Positions 36,706-49,520 of a DNA stretch of 60,036 bases are shown here, one piece after another (positions within the stretch are counted from its first letter, which is position 1; each line of letters starts with the position of its first letter). This stretch comes from Octopus bimaculoides (taxonomy: Eukaryota): NCBI RefSeq assembly GCF_001194135.2, contig NC_068989.1:78114864-78174899 (forward strand), read 5' to 3'. A program made the position numbers and the translations under genes. Under the pieces are notes generated by a model. That model was not told the DNA's origin. It worked only from the letters and a program-made list of their open reading frames with translations, and made no database searches.

Positions 36706-38639
36706 TAAAACGTTTTGAATGGTACAACAATGCACTATAATACACAAAATGGACTATATACCGTTTGTTATTTAGTTATCTATAATCCGATGATATTTCG
36801 GAATACAATTCCTTCTTCAGATATTCTTAGATGGAGTCGCTGAATATAATCTGTTTTCCAACGGCTTTTATCAATATATATATATATTGATGTATCACTT
36901 TCACTCACAACTCATTGGAAGGATTTGACGCAACAGCGAAAAACACAAAAGTCATTCCGAACCTGAAACCATGTAGATGCAAATCGAACTACCTGCAGTG
37001 TTGCCAGCATCTAATTCATTTTTTCTCTTCGTTAATTTCGTTTGTAATTTTAACTATATCGTTTGAATTTACTACTGATGTTTAAATGGAGATTATTTTT
37101 AATCATGAATTATCTCCATATCTCGCACCCATCTTCACATTATTTCTCATGTTTCCATTTTCGTTATTATATATTCCCTGTAATGATTGTAACAGAGGTT
37201 GGAAACCAAGGAGAGTGACTCAAAAGACATCATCTGAATACATGTGATATTAAGTAAATGGAAAATGTGCAAATAAATGTGTAAAATAAATATTACTATG
37301 AATATAGATGGAATAATCATTGTGTGTTTTATATATTCAATGCACAGCTTTATGCTTCCAGACGTTAATATTTGGTGGACTAATGTTATTGAGCTGGATA
37401 ATGGAAATCTTTATTCATGTGTTCATTGAAAATGTTATCATTGCATCTAGTATAAACTCAATGAAATTCCAAACAAAGAAGCCTTAAAATATATTTAGAA
37501 AATGGAATTCAAGATATTTTTTTCCCTCAGATATGTAGTCATGTTTCCCATAGACAACAAATCCGACAGAAAAAAATAGAAGCGGCCCCTATAACAAAGA
37601 ATGAAGCAAATTGAAAAATACATTACCCGAACTTATAAAAATGCGAGTAAGAACAATCATTACTAAAATTTTTGAAATTCGTTTATCATAACGTTGCTAA
37701 GAACAAAATTTATATCAGTTATACTGCCATAGTAAAAACGTTTCACTGGGCATTAGAATGAAATAAAAACTAACCATAGAATATACATCGTAATGCAAAA
37801 TGTGGCAAAAATTTCAAATACGTTTTTTAAACACATATCATTGCATAGAAAGGCTGAGATTAGTGAAAGCGCATTGAATACTAAAGAACCATGTAATATA
37901 TTAATGAAAACTAAAAGCAGGAGAAACACCTCAATGTAAAGTCTACTGATTATAATGAACAACACAAGATACATCTCATAAGCATAGGCACCTGACAAGT
38001 AACAAATGTAACAACACATTTGCTGCATTTACTGTATATCGAAATTTAAATCTAACCAGATCGACATTGTTAGACGTTTCCATTAATTTTCTATGTCTTT
38101 TTCAACATCTAGAATTTATTTTTAAAAATATACAAAACTATAACCTATACTAGTATTAATATAATAATGAACGATATGAAAATCTTACTATTTCATAATT
38201 ATGGAGCTTTGGATTTGAGATAAAAAATGGAGATGATTTTTTCAGTGTATCTGTAGGCAGATGCAATACTCAATCTGTATACGCAATCTACATATGCAAA
38301 TACTAAATAAGATCAAGCATTATGTTAAATAATATTTTAGAGAAAATATTATGAAAAGCTTTAATAAGTATACTCAACACTTAAATCTAAATATTATAAT
38401 AAACAGAAACTGGAAAATGGTAAATGTGCCAGACATAGCTCTAAACCTGAACACAGATGAATAGCAGCCTTACTGAAAACGGAAATAAGGAACAAAATAT
38501 TAAAAACGACTCGAGTTGGTTTATTTTATTTTCACTCCCTGTATTTATATTATGAAGGTATGAATCGGATAGGTGTCTGTTTCAATGAAAGTAACATTCA
38601 AATGTGTCTTTAATGAAAAGTTCTTTCTTTTTCTTTCAG

Positions 38640-38653
38640 GTTAAGATGTCAAT
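38640..38653 (+). other. Candidate 14-nt microexon
   Basis: ctttaat (branch-like)..gttctttctttttctttcag|GTTAAGATGTCAAT|gtaagt: strong acceptor and consensus donor 14 nt apart. Confidence 0.4.
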
Positions 38654-40004
38654 GTAAGTACTATAGAAAAGTGTTGAACCTCATTTTCTTGAAGTATACA
38701 TACTGCATATTCAATCATAAAGCTTTTGCATTCATATACACAAGTAAGTAAATATGTATACATACTTATTTGAAATGTGTTACTCTGTAGCGCGTATCAT
38801 AAATAACTGATTACATCCACGCTGTGCAACTGATTACCTACATTTAATGAATTCTGCTCAGATTGATCTGAAATTAGAAGTGTTGTTCAATGCAAATGGT
38901 GACGATACCGAGAATGTCTGGTGTTGTGTTAGTAAAAGAATTAGTTAAAAGTTTACATTTAATTTTAATCCTGTACTTCATGTATTATATTGTTCTCATT
39001 TGATGGGTCTTATCGTGATTTATCTTACAATATTTACGCTCTCTCCATTTAATTACTCCCTTACAGAACTTAATTATCTTCCTTTGTAGTAATTACTTGT
39101 ATTGACAATGTAGCTTGCATTATTACTCTTGCAATTGCTCTACTTTCAAATATAAGATTTCTACATTCCACGTAATGTATAATTCCTCCCCAGTCATTAT
39201 TCCTCTTAATTTAAATTTTAATTTCAGTTACTTCTAAGAGACTAATTATTTCCACCTGAACGGGCATTGTTTAAACGTGTTACCCTCGTTACCTCCTTGT
39301 TTTATATCCACTCATAATTTATGACGCAAGGTACGCATGACCGGCCAATTTTGTCTCGGTTGCATCTTCATTTTCTCTTAGAGGTGTATGTTATAATTCG
39401 TCACATGAACGAAACGTATGGGAAAAGGAAGTTTACCGTATTCAAGCAGATGATGTCAGCTGATATAATATTCAATTTACGCACTATGCAATACACATTC
39501 AGAACTCTTTACCACTACACACACACGCACACACACACACTCGCATATATGTTTATCATAATAATAATGTATATACTCCGATTTAAAGCGACATGTTTTA
39601 TATAGACAATTGATGGAAGAATGCTGAGCTAACCCAAGCCAGAATCGAACCCACATATCAACACTAACATGGCTTCACGCGCATCAATAGTCGGTCTATC
39701 TCCGTAACTTACAAAGCCTTCGTGTGTGTTTACAAATNNNNNNNNNNNNNNNNNNNNNNNNNNNNNNNNNNNNNNNNNNNNNNNNNNNNNNNNNNNNNNN
39801 NNNNNNNNNNNNNNNNNNNNNNNNNNNNNNNNNNNNNNNNNNNNNNNNNNNNNNNNNNNNNNNNNNNNNNNNNNNNNNNNNNNNNNNNNNNNNNNNNNNN
39901 NNNNNNNNNNNNNNNNNNNNNNNNNNNNNNNNNNNNNNNNNNNNNNNNNNNNNNNNNNNNNNNNNNNNNNNNNNNNNNNNNNNNNNNNNNNNNNNNNNNN
40001 NNNN

Positions 40005-40130
40005 TGGGACAAGAACACAAAACATCCAGACAGTTAGGTGATACAAAAATGGGACAAGAACACAAACCATCCAGACAGTTAGGTGATACAAAAAAAGGAC
40101 AACAAAACATTCAGACAGACGATACAAAGA
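40005..40130. repeat. 45-bp minisatellite, 2 full and 1 partial units, running into an N gap
   Basis: tgggacaagaacacaaa(a/c)catccagacagttaggtgatacaaaaa at 40005-40049 and 40050-40094. Confidence 0.9.
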
Positions 40131-40620
40131 CGGGTCATTCGGAGTTTTCTTTCCTCAGTCGATTTCCAGATTATGTTTACAATTTCAGCTGGTTATACTG
40201 GAGATTGCTCCAGTCTGGCCAGCCCCAAGAAAAAATTAAGCAAAGAGCAGTAGATTGCTTGGAAGAAAGCAGCGAATGTATACGAAAATAGGGACGGAAA
40301 AAAAGGAGAATGTTATACAAATACAAATAACAAGACATAACAACAGGTGTCTTTCGACTAAGGACGAAATAAATTAAGCTGGCGTTTGTGGAAATAAGGC
40401 TTTACGGCAGGGATACAAGATTTCACAGGAACAGGGAGGAATATAGATGTTGCACAAACGACGGCCGACCAAAAAAGAAAGACCAGGCTTGGCCGAACAC
40501 CGGTCAGGTGGGGAGAGAACTGATAGAGGTAGAGGCAGAGGGACAGGGGGATTAAGGAGGGGAGAGAAAAAATAACAGGGACACAGTGAATTGAAAAGAG
40601 GAGGCATAGTGAGCAAGTAG
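40130..40620 (-). mobile_element. Unclassified interspersed repeat(s), possibly a Penelope-type terminus
   Basis: GC-richer block; minus strand ..tttcgtccttagtcgaaagacacctgttgttatgtcttg resembles PLE-type terminal sequence; no protein motif seen. Confidence 0.35.
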
Positions 40621-40634
40621 AGAAGGAAAAATCA

Positions 40635-40925
40635 AGTGAGTGGGTTAGATAGACGGAAACTGAAAGAAGCCTGTGTATATAAATATATTTTTGTGTGTGT
40701 ATTTTTGAGTGATTGTTTCTAACTCCCCACCTCTTGAATATTGGTATTGGTATGTTTACATCCATGTTATCTAGCGGTTCGATAATAGAGAGTAGTAGAA
40801 TAAATACCAGGCTTAAATAACAAATAAGTACTGGGGTCGAATCGTTCGATAACAATTCTTCAAGGTTACCCCAGCAGGACAATAGTCTAATGACGGAAAC
40901 GTGTAAAAAATACAAGATAAAAAAG
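40635..40925 (+). mobile_element. 5'-truncated SINE family A
   Basis: gtgagtgggttagatagacggaaactgaaagaagcc..ctagcggttcg..aagtactggggtcgaatcgttcg.. Confidence 0.8.
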
Positions 40926-41859
40926 TTCGGTTCAGTGCTTCAAATTTTAGGCAACGGGTTCGCTGATAAATTTGACACAAATACCTAAGTTCTTCGCTAG
41001 TAATTTATTTTATCAACCCAAAATGGTTGAAAATAAAGGCGACAGTTGTGCTATTACAACTCAGAACATGTAGAGCCGGAAGAAATGCCAAAAGGCATTC
41101 TACCAATTAAAAAAAATCTGCTGAAATTAGCGTGGAGGTTGCGAACGATTCTAGGGAAAGATAATATTCCAGGTCGAAACTGGCAACATTTGAGCAATGT
41201 AGGAACCTTATATAAAATATTTTTGTTGATGCGCAATTCATTTTTCTCGCCAAAGACCACTCGTTCATATTAAATGTTGAGTATTAAGTACTGCAAGATA
41301 TTGGCCTATAAATTCATAGTCTAGTTTAGAATTTTTAAATTTTATCTTGCTAATGTTGTACATTACTGTTTTGGAAGTCTATTGAAATAGCACTAATAAA
41401 ATATCTGATTACACCAACCATAAAGATTTTGTGTCTCATACAGTGGTTTTCAGAATTTTAAATTTCTTGGCGTACTGCAAAATCAAGTAAAAAATTAGTA
41501 GCAGACATCGAACTAAAAGTTATGTTGTTTTTTTTTAATGATTTAATGTTAAAAATTCAGATAAAAAGTTAAGATCTATTTGGTTACCTCGTTTTATTTA
41601 ACAAACAAGTCTACAACGAATTTATTAATGTATTAAAATATTTTCAAAACATTCAGGCATACCGATATGAATTTTCTAAAGCGTTAAATTATACATTTGA
41701 AGATACACACTGCACATAAATATAACTTGCAGCAAAAAAAAATATATATATATATATATACGCTGTAGTAACCTGTTTCAAAATCACTGGTTTTTATACG
41801 GCAAAATATCAAATGAAAGACATTAAAAGTTAAGCAGTGGTCCATATTGGTTTCAAATT

Positions 41860-42060
41860 TTTGCACGCCACAATCAATTTGTGGGTAAGGATAAGTCGAA
41901 TACATCCACCCCAGTGCTCACCTGTTACTTATTTTATCGACTCTGAAAGGATAAAATGTAAAGTCGATCTCGACAGCATTTGAAATCAGAAGGTAAAAAC
42001 GAACAAAGTGCTGCTAAGCATTTTCCCCTTTGGGCTACTGGTGCTGCTGGCTGGTCCCCT
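41860..42060 (-). mobile_element. Degenerate SINE family B
   Basis: aagtcgaatacatccaccccagtgctc..ttatcgactctgaaaggataaaatgtaaagtcgatctcg.. Confidence 0.75.
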
Positions 42061-42391
42061 TATAGCAGTGGTATATATATATCATTAATTAATAATGTTC
42101 GTGAGAATGTGACGGAAGTTGACATCGTGTTATGCACATATATATAAATTTGAAGGTTTCATGTATTGGATATCAATGATACTACAGTCCAATATATACA
42201 TCCTCAATATATACTTCTGTCTAAATCTTGTTTGATCGAACTATCTATAACAGACTGGTTTAGTTTATCAGCTTTGACACAACTTAGCCTTCGTCTTACT
42301 GACACACATTGTGTGTCAGTGTGCGCCTGCATTAAATACAGGCACATAAAGACACACAAAGGTACAGACTATCACGGATAAACATACACAT

Positions 42392-42797
42392 GGCTATGTG
42401 GTAAGAAGCTTGCTTCTCAACCACATTGTTACGTGTTGAGTCCCACTACGTGGCGCCTTGCGCAACTGGCTTCTATTATAGTCTTGGGCCGACCAAGGCC
42501 TCGTGAGTGGATTTGGTAGACGGAATCTGAAAAAAGCCTGTCGTGTGTGTATGAATATATATATATATAGATATATATATATATAGATATATATTTGTGT
42601 CTGTGTTTGAACCTCCACCATCGCTTGACAACCGATGTTGGCATATTTAGGCACCCGTAACTTAGCGGTTCAGTAAAAGAGGCCGATAGAATAAGTACTG
42701 GGCTTACAAAGAATAAGTCCTAGGATGATTTGTTCGACTAGAGGCGGTGATCCAGCATGGCCGCAGTCAAATTACTGAGACAATCAAAAGAAAATAT
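42392..42797 (+). mobile_element. Full-length SINE family A
   Basis: ggctatgtggtaagaagcttgcttctcaaccac..gtttgaacctccaccatcgcttgacaaccg..ccagcatggccgcagtc. Confidence 0.9.
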
Positions 42798-42899
42798 ATA
42801 TATGTATATGAGTGTGTGTGTGTGTGTGTTTAGNNNNNNNNNNNNNNNNNNNNNNNNNNNNNNNNNNNNNNNNNNNNNNNNNNNNNNNNNNNNATATAT

Positions 42900-43230
42900 C
42901 GTCGTCGTCGTCGTCGTAGACTTTGTCTCGTATCCGAGAATTTATTATTCCCCTTTGCCGGACGCTTCTTTTATGGCGATGCCGTTGATGACTCTGTAGA
43001 CCAATTCCTGTGTCGAAGATTCGATGACACTTGCTGCATGGTAATGTTGGTCGAGGACGCGGTTGATTTTTTGGGCCTTTCCCTCTTGTCGTTTGATTAT
43101 TACTTTTCACTTCTGGTGGCTTCGAAATTTTTGGTTTCGATGGTGATAGAACTCTGCCACTTGGTACGGTCTCAGGCTTGTGTTTCAAATAATTTTGACT
43201 CAATTTCAGTGAGTGTGTATGTTGGACCCT
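42900..43230 (-). mobile_element. RTE/BovB-like LINE 3' fragment with (GAC)n tail
   Basis: FETQA*DRTKWQSSI..KNFEATR, then frameshifted LPCSKCHRIFDTGIGLQSHQRH (C2H2-like RTE C-terminus), ending in cgagacaaagtct-(acg)n. Confidence 0.85.
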
Positions 43231-44698
43231 GCATGACATCCTAATGGAATATGTTTTTATATATAACTCCATCTATCCTCCATATATAATATATCGATCT
43301 TTGGCGAATGATAAATGTATAAACGCTTGAAAATAAAAGCTATCAAATATACTAACGTTATTAATTGTTATTTTAATAGAATAATGATATTGATTAATGG
43401 AATAAACTCTGATTCAATAATGGCAAATGATAACTCGGGTAGTTTCCGCATATGACCCATTTATGTTCACTTGATTATTTTCCATTTTGGGAAGACCGAT
43501 ATGACGATTCAACCATGCCAAATATATTCGCGACTTTTATGGGTTAACAAATTCTTACAGCCATAAAACATTTGGAATATTGTTTAATATCCCAATTATA
43601 GAGAAATAAATGTGTCTTTAATAAATATGTGTGCAATTGTGGTATTGACATTAAAAGTAAACGCATATACTATAACCCTAGTTCACATCAGAATCTCAAC
43701 ATCTCAAACTCATAGTCTCAGACAGCAGAACTAATATTAATTGAATCAATGATGTTGGTCGCTGTTAGATGCTAAAACACTTAAATCACGCTAGATCACA
43801 CTATATTATTATCAATAACTATTACTTGTATCTACATTCTCAATAACATTGCCAGCTATAAAATTAATGTGCTGTATATTCTTTGGGTTAAAAATGCTGA
43901 AAGTTCTAGTGTAGATTTTAACGATTGATAAGTACTAATCTGTCCTCTTAGTCTACAAATAAAACACGATGCACTTTAATGTTTTCATCAATCATAGCGC
44001 AAACTATACTTTCCATACGTCATTCTAATAAGTCAGTGTTAGACTATGCTTCACTGAAAATGTCTGACAAGACGAAAATAAATCCGGAATTGCCTCTCTA
44101 CAACACGAAAGACTAGAACCGCTTTTCCCTGTATTTCCCCAATCGATAATTTTGTCAAGTGTATATTTCAGAACTAATAGTTTTGCTTCGCATTACCTAA
44201 GTAATTTGAATGATTTAACCGTACTGTATTGTATTTTTAATATGTTAAGCCTTGCTTCTTATTTTAATCGTTATACAGAAAGCATCAGGGAAAGGTGTAA
44301 CAACGCCTTCATAGACAGTAACATATAACATTTAAACCAATGTATATAACTGAGAAATTCCAGTGGAGAAACGTGCTATCAAAATACTGGCTTTTATTCA
44401 TAAATGTATGCTGTGAATAAACTTACGCGATGTTAAAATTATACATTTATAATATGTTCATAAATCATACTTTAACTATTTTGCACCGGAAATTGCAAAA
44501 ATCAACACATGTAATTATAACTTAATTACAGTAACTTCTAGTCCACTTATCGATTCTGTACTGTCTCCTAGAAACCATTATTACGTTCCTTAGTAAGGTA
44601 TAAATTAAGTACATATTCAGCTGAGCTGTTCAATTACATCAATTAATAACCAGCGAGTTACCGTAAATAATTTAGGAGCTATACATCTAGACGCTTGA

Positions 44699-44734
<36 letters not shown>

Positions 44735-46089
44735 NNNNNNNNNNNNNNNNNNNNNNNNNNNNNNNNNNNNNNNNNNNNNNNNNNNNNNNNNNNNNNNNNN
44801 NNNNNNNNNNNNNNNNNNNNNNNNNNNNNNNNNNNNNNNNNNNNNNNNNNNNNNNNNNNNNNNNNNNNNNNNNNNNNNNNNNNNNNNNNNNNNNNNNNNN
44901 NNNNNNNNNNNNNNNNNNNNNNNNNNNNNNNNNNNNNNNNNNNNNNNNNNNNNNNNNNNNNNNNNNNNNNNNNNNNNNNNNNNNNNNNNNNNNNNNNNNN
45001 NNNNNNNNNNNNNNNNNNNNNNNNNNNNNNNNNNNNNNNNNNNNNNNNNNNNNNNNNNNNNNNNNNNNNNNNNNNNNNNNNNNNNNNNNNNNNNNNNNNN
45101 NNNNNNNNNNNNNNNNNNNNNNNNNNNNNNNNNNNNNNNNNNNNNNNNNNNNNNNNNNNNNNNNNNNNNNNNNNNNNNNNNNNNNNNNNNNNNNNNNNNN
45201 NNNNNNNNNNNNNNNNNNNNNNNNNNNNNNNNNNNNNNNNNNNNNNNNNNNNNNNNNNNNNNNNNNNNNNNNNNNNNNNNNNNNNNNNNNNNNNNNNNNN
45301 NNNNNNNNNNNNNNNNNNNNNNNNNNNNNNNNNNNNNNNNNNNNNNNNNNNNNNNNNNNNNNNNNNNNNNNNNNNNNNNNNNNNNNNNNNNNNNNNNNNN
45401 NNNNNNNNNNNNNNNNNNNNNNNNNNNNNNNNNNNNNNNNNNNNNNNNNNNNNNNNNNNNNNNNNNNNNNNNNNNNNNNNNNNNNNNNNNNNNNNNNNNN
45501 NNNNNNNNNNNNNNNNNNNNNNNNNNNNNNNNNNNNNNNNNNNNNNNNNNNNNNNNNNNNNNNNNNNNNNNNNNNNNNNNNNNNNNNNNNNNNNNNNNNN
45601 NNNNNNNNNNNNNNNNNNNNNNNNNNNNNNNNNNNNNNNNNNNNNNNNNNNNNNNNNNNNNNNTTGAAAAGTCTGAAACCTAGGTTTTGCATTATCCTTA
45701 ATCTGGGTTGTTCATTTTCGGATGTTCTTCCTAAGGTAAGACAAGTGTTTCATGTTTTGTTGCATACACGCATTGTTGCCAGTATATACGCAGTGAAGCT
45801 ATACAATAGCGTCGTTTTTATATCGATTGCTATTCTCCAGCAAATATCGGTACCTTGTTGTACCATTCTTATGAATTTATATATATACCCTTTAGGGCTA
45901 CTTTTTGCTGGAAATTGATACATTTGTATTAATACATTTGTATTGAAATATTTTTCATTATATTATAACATATATATATATATATATATATATATAAACA
46001 GCTGTATGGTGATAAATACATGTGTGTATGTATAAATATATATATGTGTGTGTGTGTGTGTATGTGTGTGTATTTATTCTTTTATCCTT

Positions 46090-46440
46090 CTAATTCCTTC
46101 AGTCATTTGGTTGCAGCCATGCTGGAGCACCACCTTAAGAACGACCCCAAGACTTATTCTTTGTGACCCTAGTACTTATTCTATCGCTCCTTTGCCGAAC
46201 CGCTAGATTACGCAGACGTAAACGCACCATCGCAGGTTGTCAAAGAATGGTAGGAGGGACAAACACACACACACACACATACCCACGACTGGCTTCTTTC
46301 ACTTTCCGTCTACCAAATCAACCCGCAAGGCTTTATTCGGCTCGAAGTTATAGTAGAAGACAGATGCCCAAGGTTCCAAGAAGTGGAACTGAACCCAGAT
46401 CCATGTAGTTGAGAAGCAGGATTCCTACGACACAGCTACG
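46090..46440 (-). mobile_element. Full-length SINE family A
   Basis: Reverse complement of the family from tail (cagtcatttggttgcagccatgctggagcaccacc) to head. Confidence 0.88.
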
Positions 46441-46599
46441 GCCTTATTTGAGCAGGTCGTCCGGCCGTAACGTATGCCAATCGACTTGCTAAGAAAGGTG
46501 GAAGTCTCCTCGAAAACCAACATCTAGTAAAACAGAAAGAAATGGATGGTTGGCGCGGTCTAAAAATGTTAAGCTTCACTAGATGATGATGACACGTAT

Positions 46600-46830
46600 A
46601 CATATGGTAAGTAGCTCGCTTACCAACCATTTGGTCCCGGGTTCAGTCCTACTGCGTAGCACCTTCACCAAATATCTTGTACTATAGCCTCGGGTCGACC
46701 AAATCCTTGTGAGTGGACGGAGACTGAAAGAAGCTCGTCGTATAAATATATGTGCGTGTGTATGTGAGTGTGTGTGAGTGCATCTGTGCGTGTCTGACCC
46801 ACCATCGCTTGACAACCGGTTTTTGTGTGT
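46600..46830 (+). mobile_element. SINE family A 5' two-thirds
   Basis: ggtaagtagctcgcttaccaacc..cccgggttcagtcc..tatagcctcgggtcgacc..caccatcgcttgacaaccgg. Confidence 0.88.
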
Positions 46831-46854
46831 ATACATATAGATAGATAGATATAT

Positions 46855-46949
<95 letters not shown>

Positions 46950-47258
46950 TCAAAAGGATGTGTTATAATACTATTCCTCATATAGAAAAACAACCATACC
47001 AATAATCCAACATACCTCCATCATCAGCTGCCCCACGGATATCATTATGGTTTCGACACCTGGGTAGTACCATTCAGTCCGGTGATATCACCGGCACCAA
47101 AATAAATATTGTTTGGGACAAACATACCAAAGAAACCACAACTTTCAAATACAATTTCGGGTAGATGGACAGATAGACAGATAGATGCAGAGAGGGAGAC
47201 TGACATATACATACATACACACATGCATACACATATACATACATGAATACAGACAGGC

Positions 47259-47289
<31 letters not shown>

Positions 47290-48901
47290 TAAAGACTGAT
47301 TTTTCCGTCTGACTATGCGAACCACATTTTATTCTGAGTTGCTATTACGTTTATTGTCTTATAAGGAAGATTTCAAATGAGTGTAATTAAGATTACGAAA
47401 TTTAATTAAATTCGACTTATGGCTAATAGTTAAATGATAATATACATTGTCTAGTTTGTCGTGTTTCTAGCAAGAATATACTTTTAAACATTAGGTGTGA
47501 TGGTAACTCAGTGATAACGTTGACAGCACATATATGAAATATGTAATTTCAAAAGTCTTATGCTTCCTGAAGTATGTTAAAATCCCATTAATAATATTGC
47601 CAGAAAATCGATTTAGAAATAGATAACTTGTGTAATTTTATAATTTAGGAGTATAAAGCAAACTTTATATTTAAATATCAAAAGTGTAGACGATGCAAAT
47701 GTCGGCAAAGATAAGATTTAAGTTGATAAAGATAAAAGTCGCAAGCTACTAATGACAACTGTGTCTGTAAGTTTTCTTTCATTCATACTGTAAAATATTT
47801 ATGTATCAAATATTCTTCTTTATCGTTTGCCATCAACGAAAGCGGGCGTTAGCCATAGATAGGGCTATGATTTTCATATAAAAGAGACACAGGGGCGTAA
47901 TAATGGGAGAATTGATCATGTCTTTGATAACGTGTTGCTCATTCGAATGTGACGCAGTGTGGGTTTTTCACAAGAGTGTGGCACTTAGAAATATGATGAT
48001 TCTCACACCTATAGATGATTCTTACAATGGCTGTATATTAAGAAAAAATACTTGGCCATATATTAATTGAACTCTACTTAATCATGATTATGTATCAATA
48101 TATTGATACAACACAGTCAATGTCTTCGAACTATTTATAAAAATCCTATTGAAAGCATGAGAATTCCAAATATTATGGGAATTTTTTCACATGTTTTTTA
48201 CTCCAGGTACGAAAACATAATTGTTTCGTATTCTTAACAAGGTTTCCTTTAATGTCTCTAATCATACTAATAAAGAAACTCAGAATCTGGAAACTGCTTT
48301 TAAAGGGATGAAAAAGTTGAAGTAATGAAAAGGAATAGAAAAATAATGGCCACAGTGATAACGCTTGTGCTGTAACGTTCAGACAGTAAAGTATGAGAAT
48401 CTATATTATACACGTATATTGAACAATTGTCTATGCAGTATCCTATTGACTGCAAATATATAAACAGATATCCACATGTAAACATTTTGATTATAGATAT
48501 ACAACTACGTTTCTCGACAGCAGATTACCATTTTCTTAAATATATTTTTGATTTCTTTATTACTGTTGCCATTTATAAACAGAAAGGGATATACACCTAA
48601 TCGATTATTCACATAAAGCATCAGATTACATAACGCCCACATCAGATGAAGCTGTAATGAGTAAATGCATTCATTCAATCAGACATCAAACAATTCCCAT
48701 GTTTCCAGTTAGTTGAAAATTAATTAAATCATCAACTTAGTGATCTTTATTCGTTCAAAGTTTATATAGGTTCCATTTACTGATTCTTACTGTATTACTG
48801 AAATAAACTGGTTTTCTTCCATGTATATGTTTTTATGTTATCAAAAGTTACGGTAGGACAGTTGCTATCCTAAGTATTTCTGATTTATTATTTATAGCGG
48901 G

Positions 48902-49115
48902 CAAGCCGGCGAACTGGCAGAAAATGTTAGCGCGCCGGACGAAATTCTTGGCAGAATTTTGTGTCTTTACGTTCTGAGTTCGAATTCTGCCGAGGTCGAC
49001 TTTACCTTTTATCATTTCGGGGTCGATAAATTAAGTACCAGTTGCGTACTGGATTCGATCTATTCGACTGGCTCCCTCCCCAGATACTTCGGGCCTTGAG
49101 CTGAGAGTAGAAAAG
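48902..49115 (+). mobile_element. Full-length SINE family B with 15-bp TSD
   Basis: TSD attatttatAgcggg (48887-48901) / attatttatTgcggg (49116-49130); head and body match 16366-16602. Confidence 0.92.
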
Positions 49116-49520
49116 ATTATTTATTGCGGGTGAAATATAGATATAAGCAAAATTATTCAAATATCTTCTAAAATTCACTTGCCTAGAGATGAGTCAGACA
49201 TTTTCCTGTGAAATGTAAATTACATATGAAACTTGAATTTTGGGTTAAATAGCATTAAAGAAAGGAAAGATATAATTCTCATGAGCAAGGTAGTGGAATA
49301 CTGAAGGATGAATTGTGAAAAAATAAAACAGAATGTGTCACTTATTTTCAACTGCAACTAGAAATAATTAATGAGTCTCTATCTTTATAAGCTAAATATG
49401 CATCATGATTCTTGTAAATATTTTCCGTATCTCTAAACTGACATTATTAATGCATAAACGCATTATCTTATGAAGTGAACGTCTATGTAGACGTATGTAT
49501 GGCAAATATGTTCAGTTTTC

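Noticed and set aside
37753-38028. Hydrophobic minus-strand ORF after a cag|GT acceptor-like site, resembling a membrane-protein exon
   Set aside because: T-rich strands give F/L/I-rich ORFs by composition; no convincing donor and no recognisable family.
40005-40130. Possible CRISPR-like array
   Set aside because: Units are directly tandem with no unique spacers; eukaryotic context; no cas genes.
47006-47078. Minus-strand GAAAC..CTGATGA suggesting a type-II hammerhead
   Set aside because: No stem III, NUH triplet or stem I could be built.
47877-47884. TATAAAAG TATA box
   Set aside because: No Inr or exon downstream; frequent by chance at this AT content.
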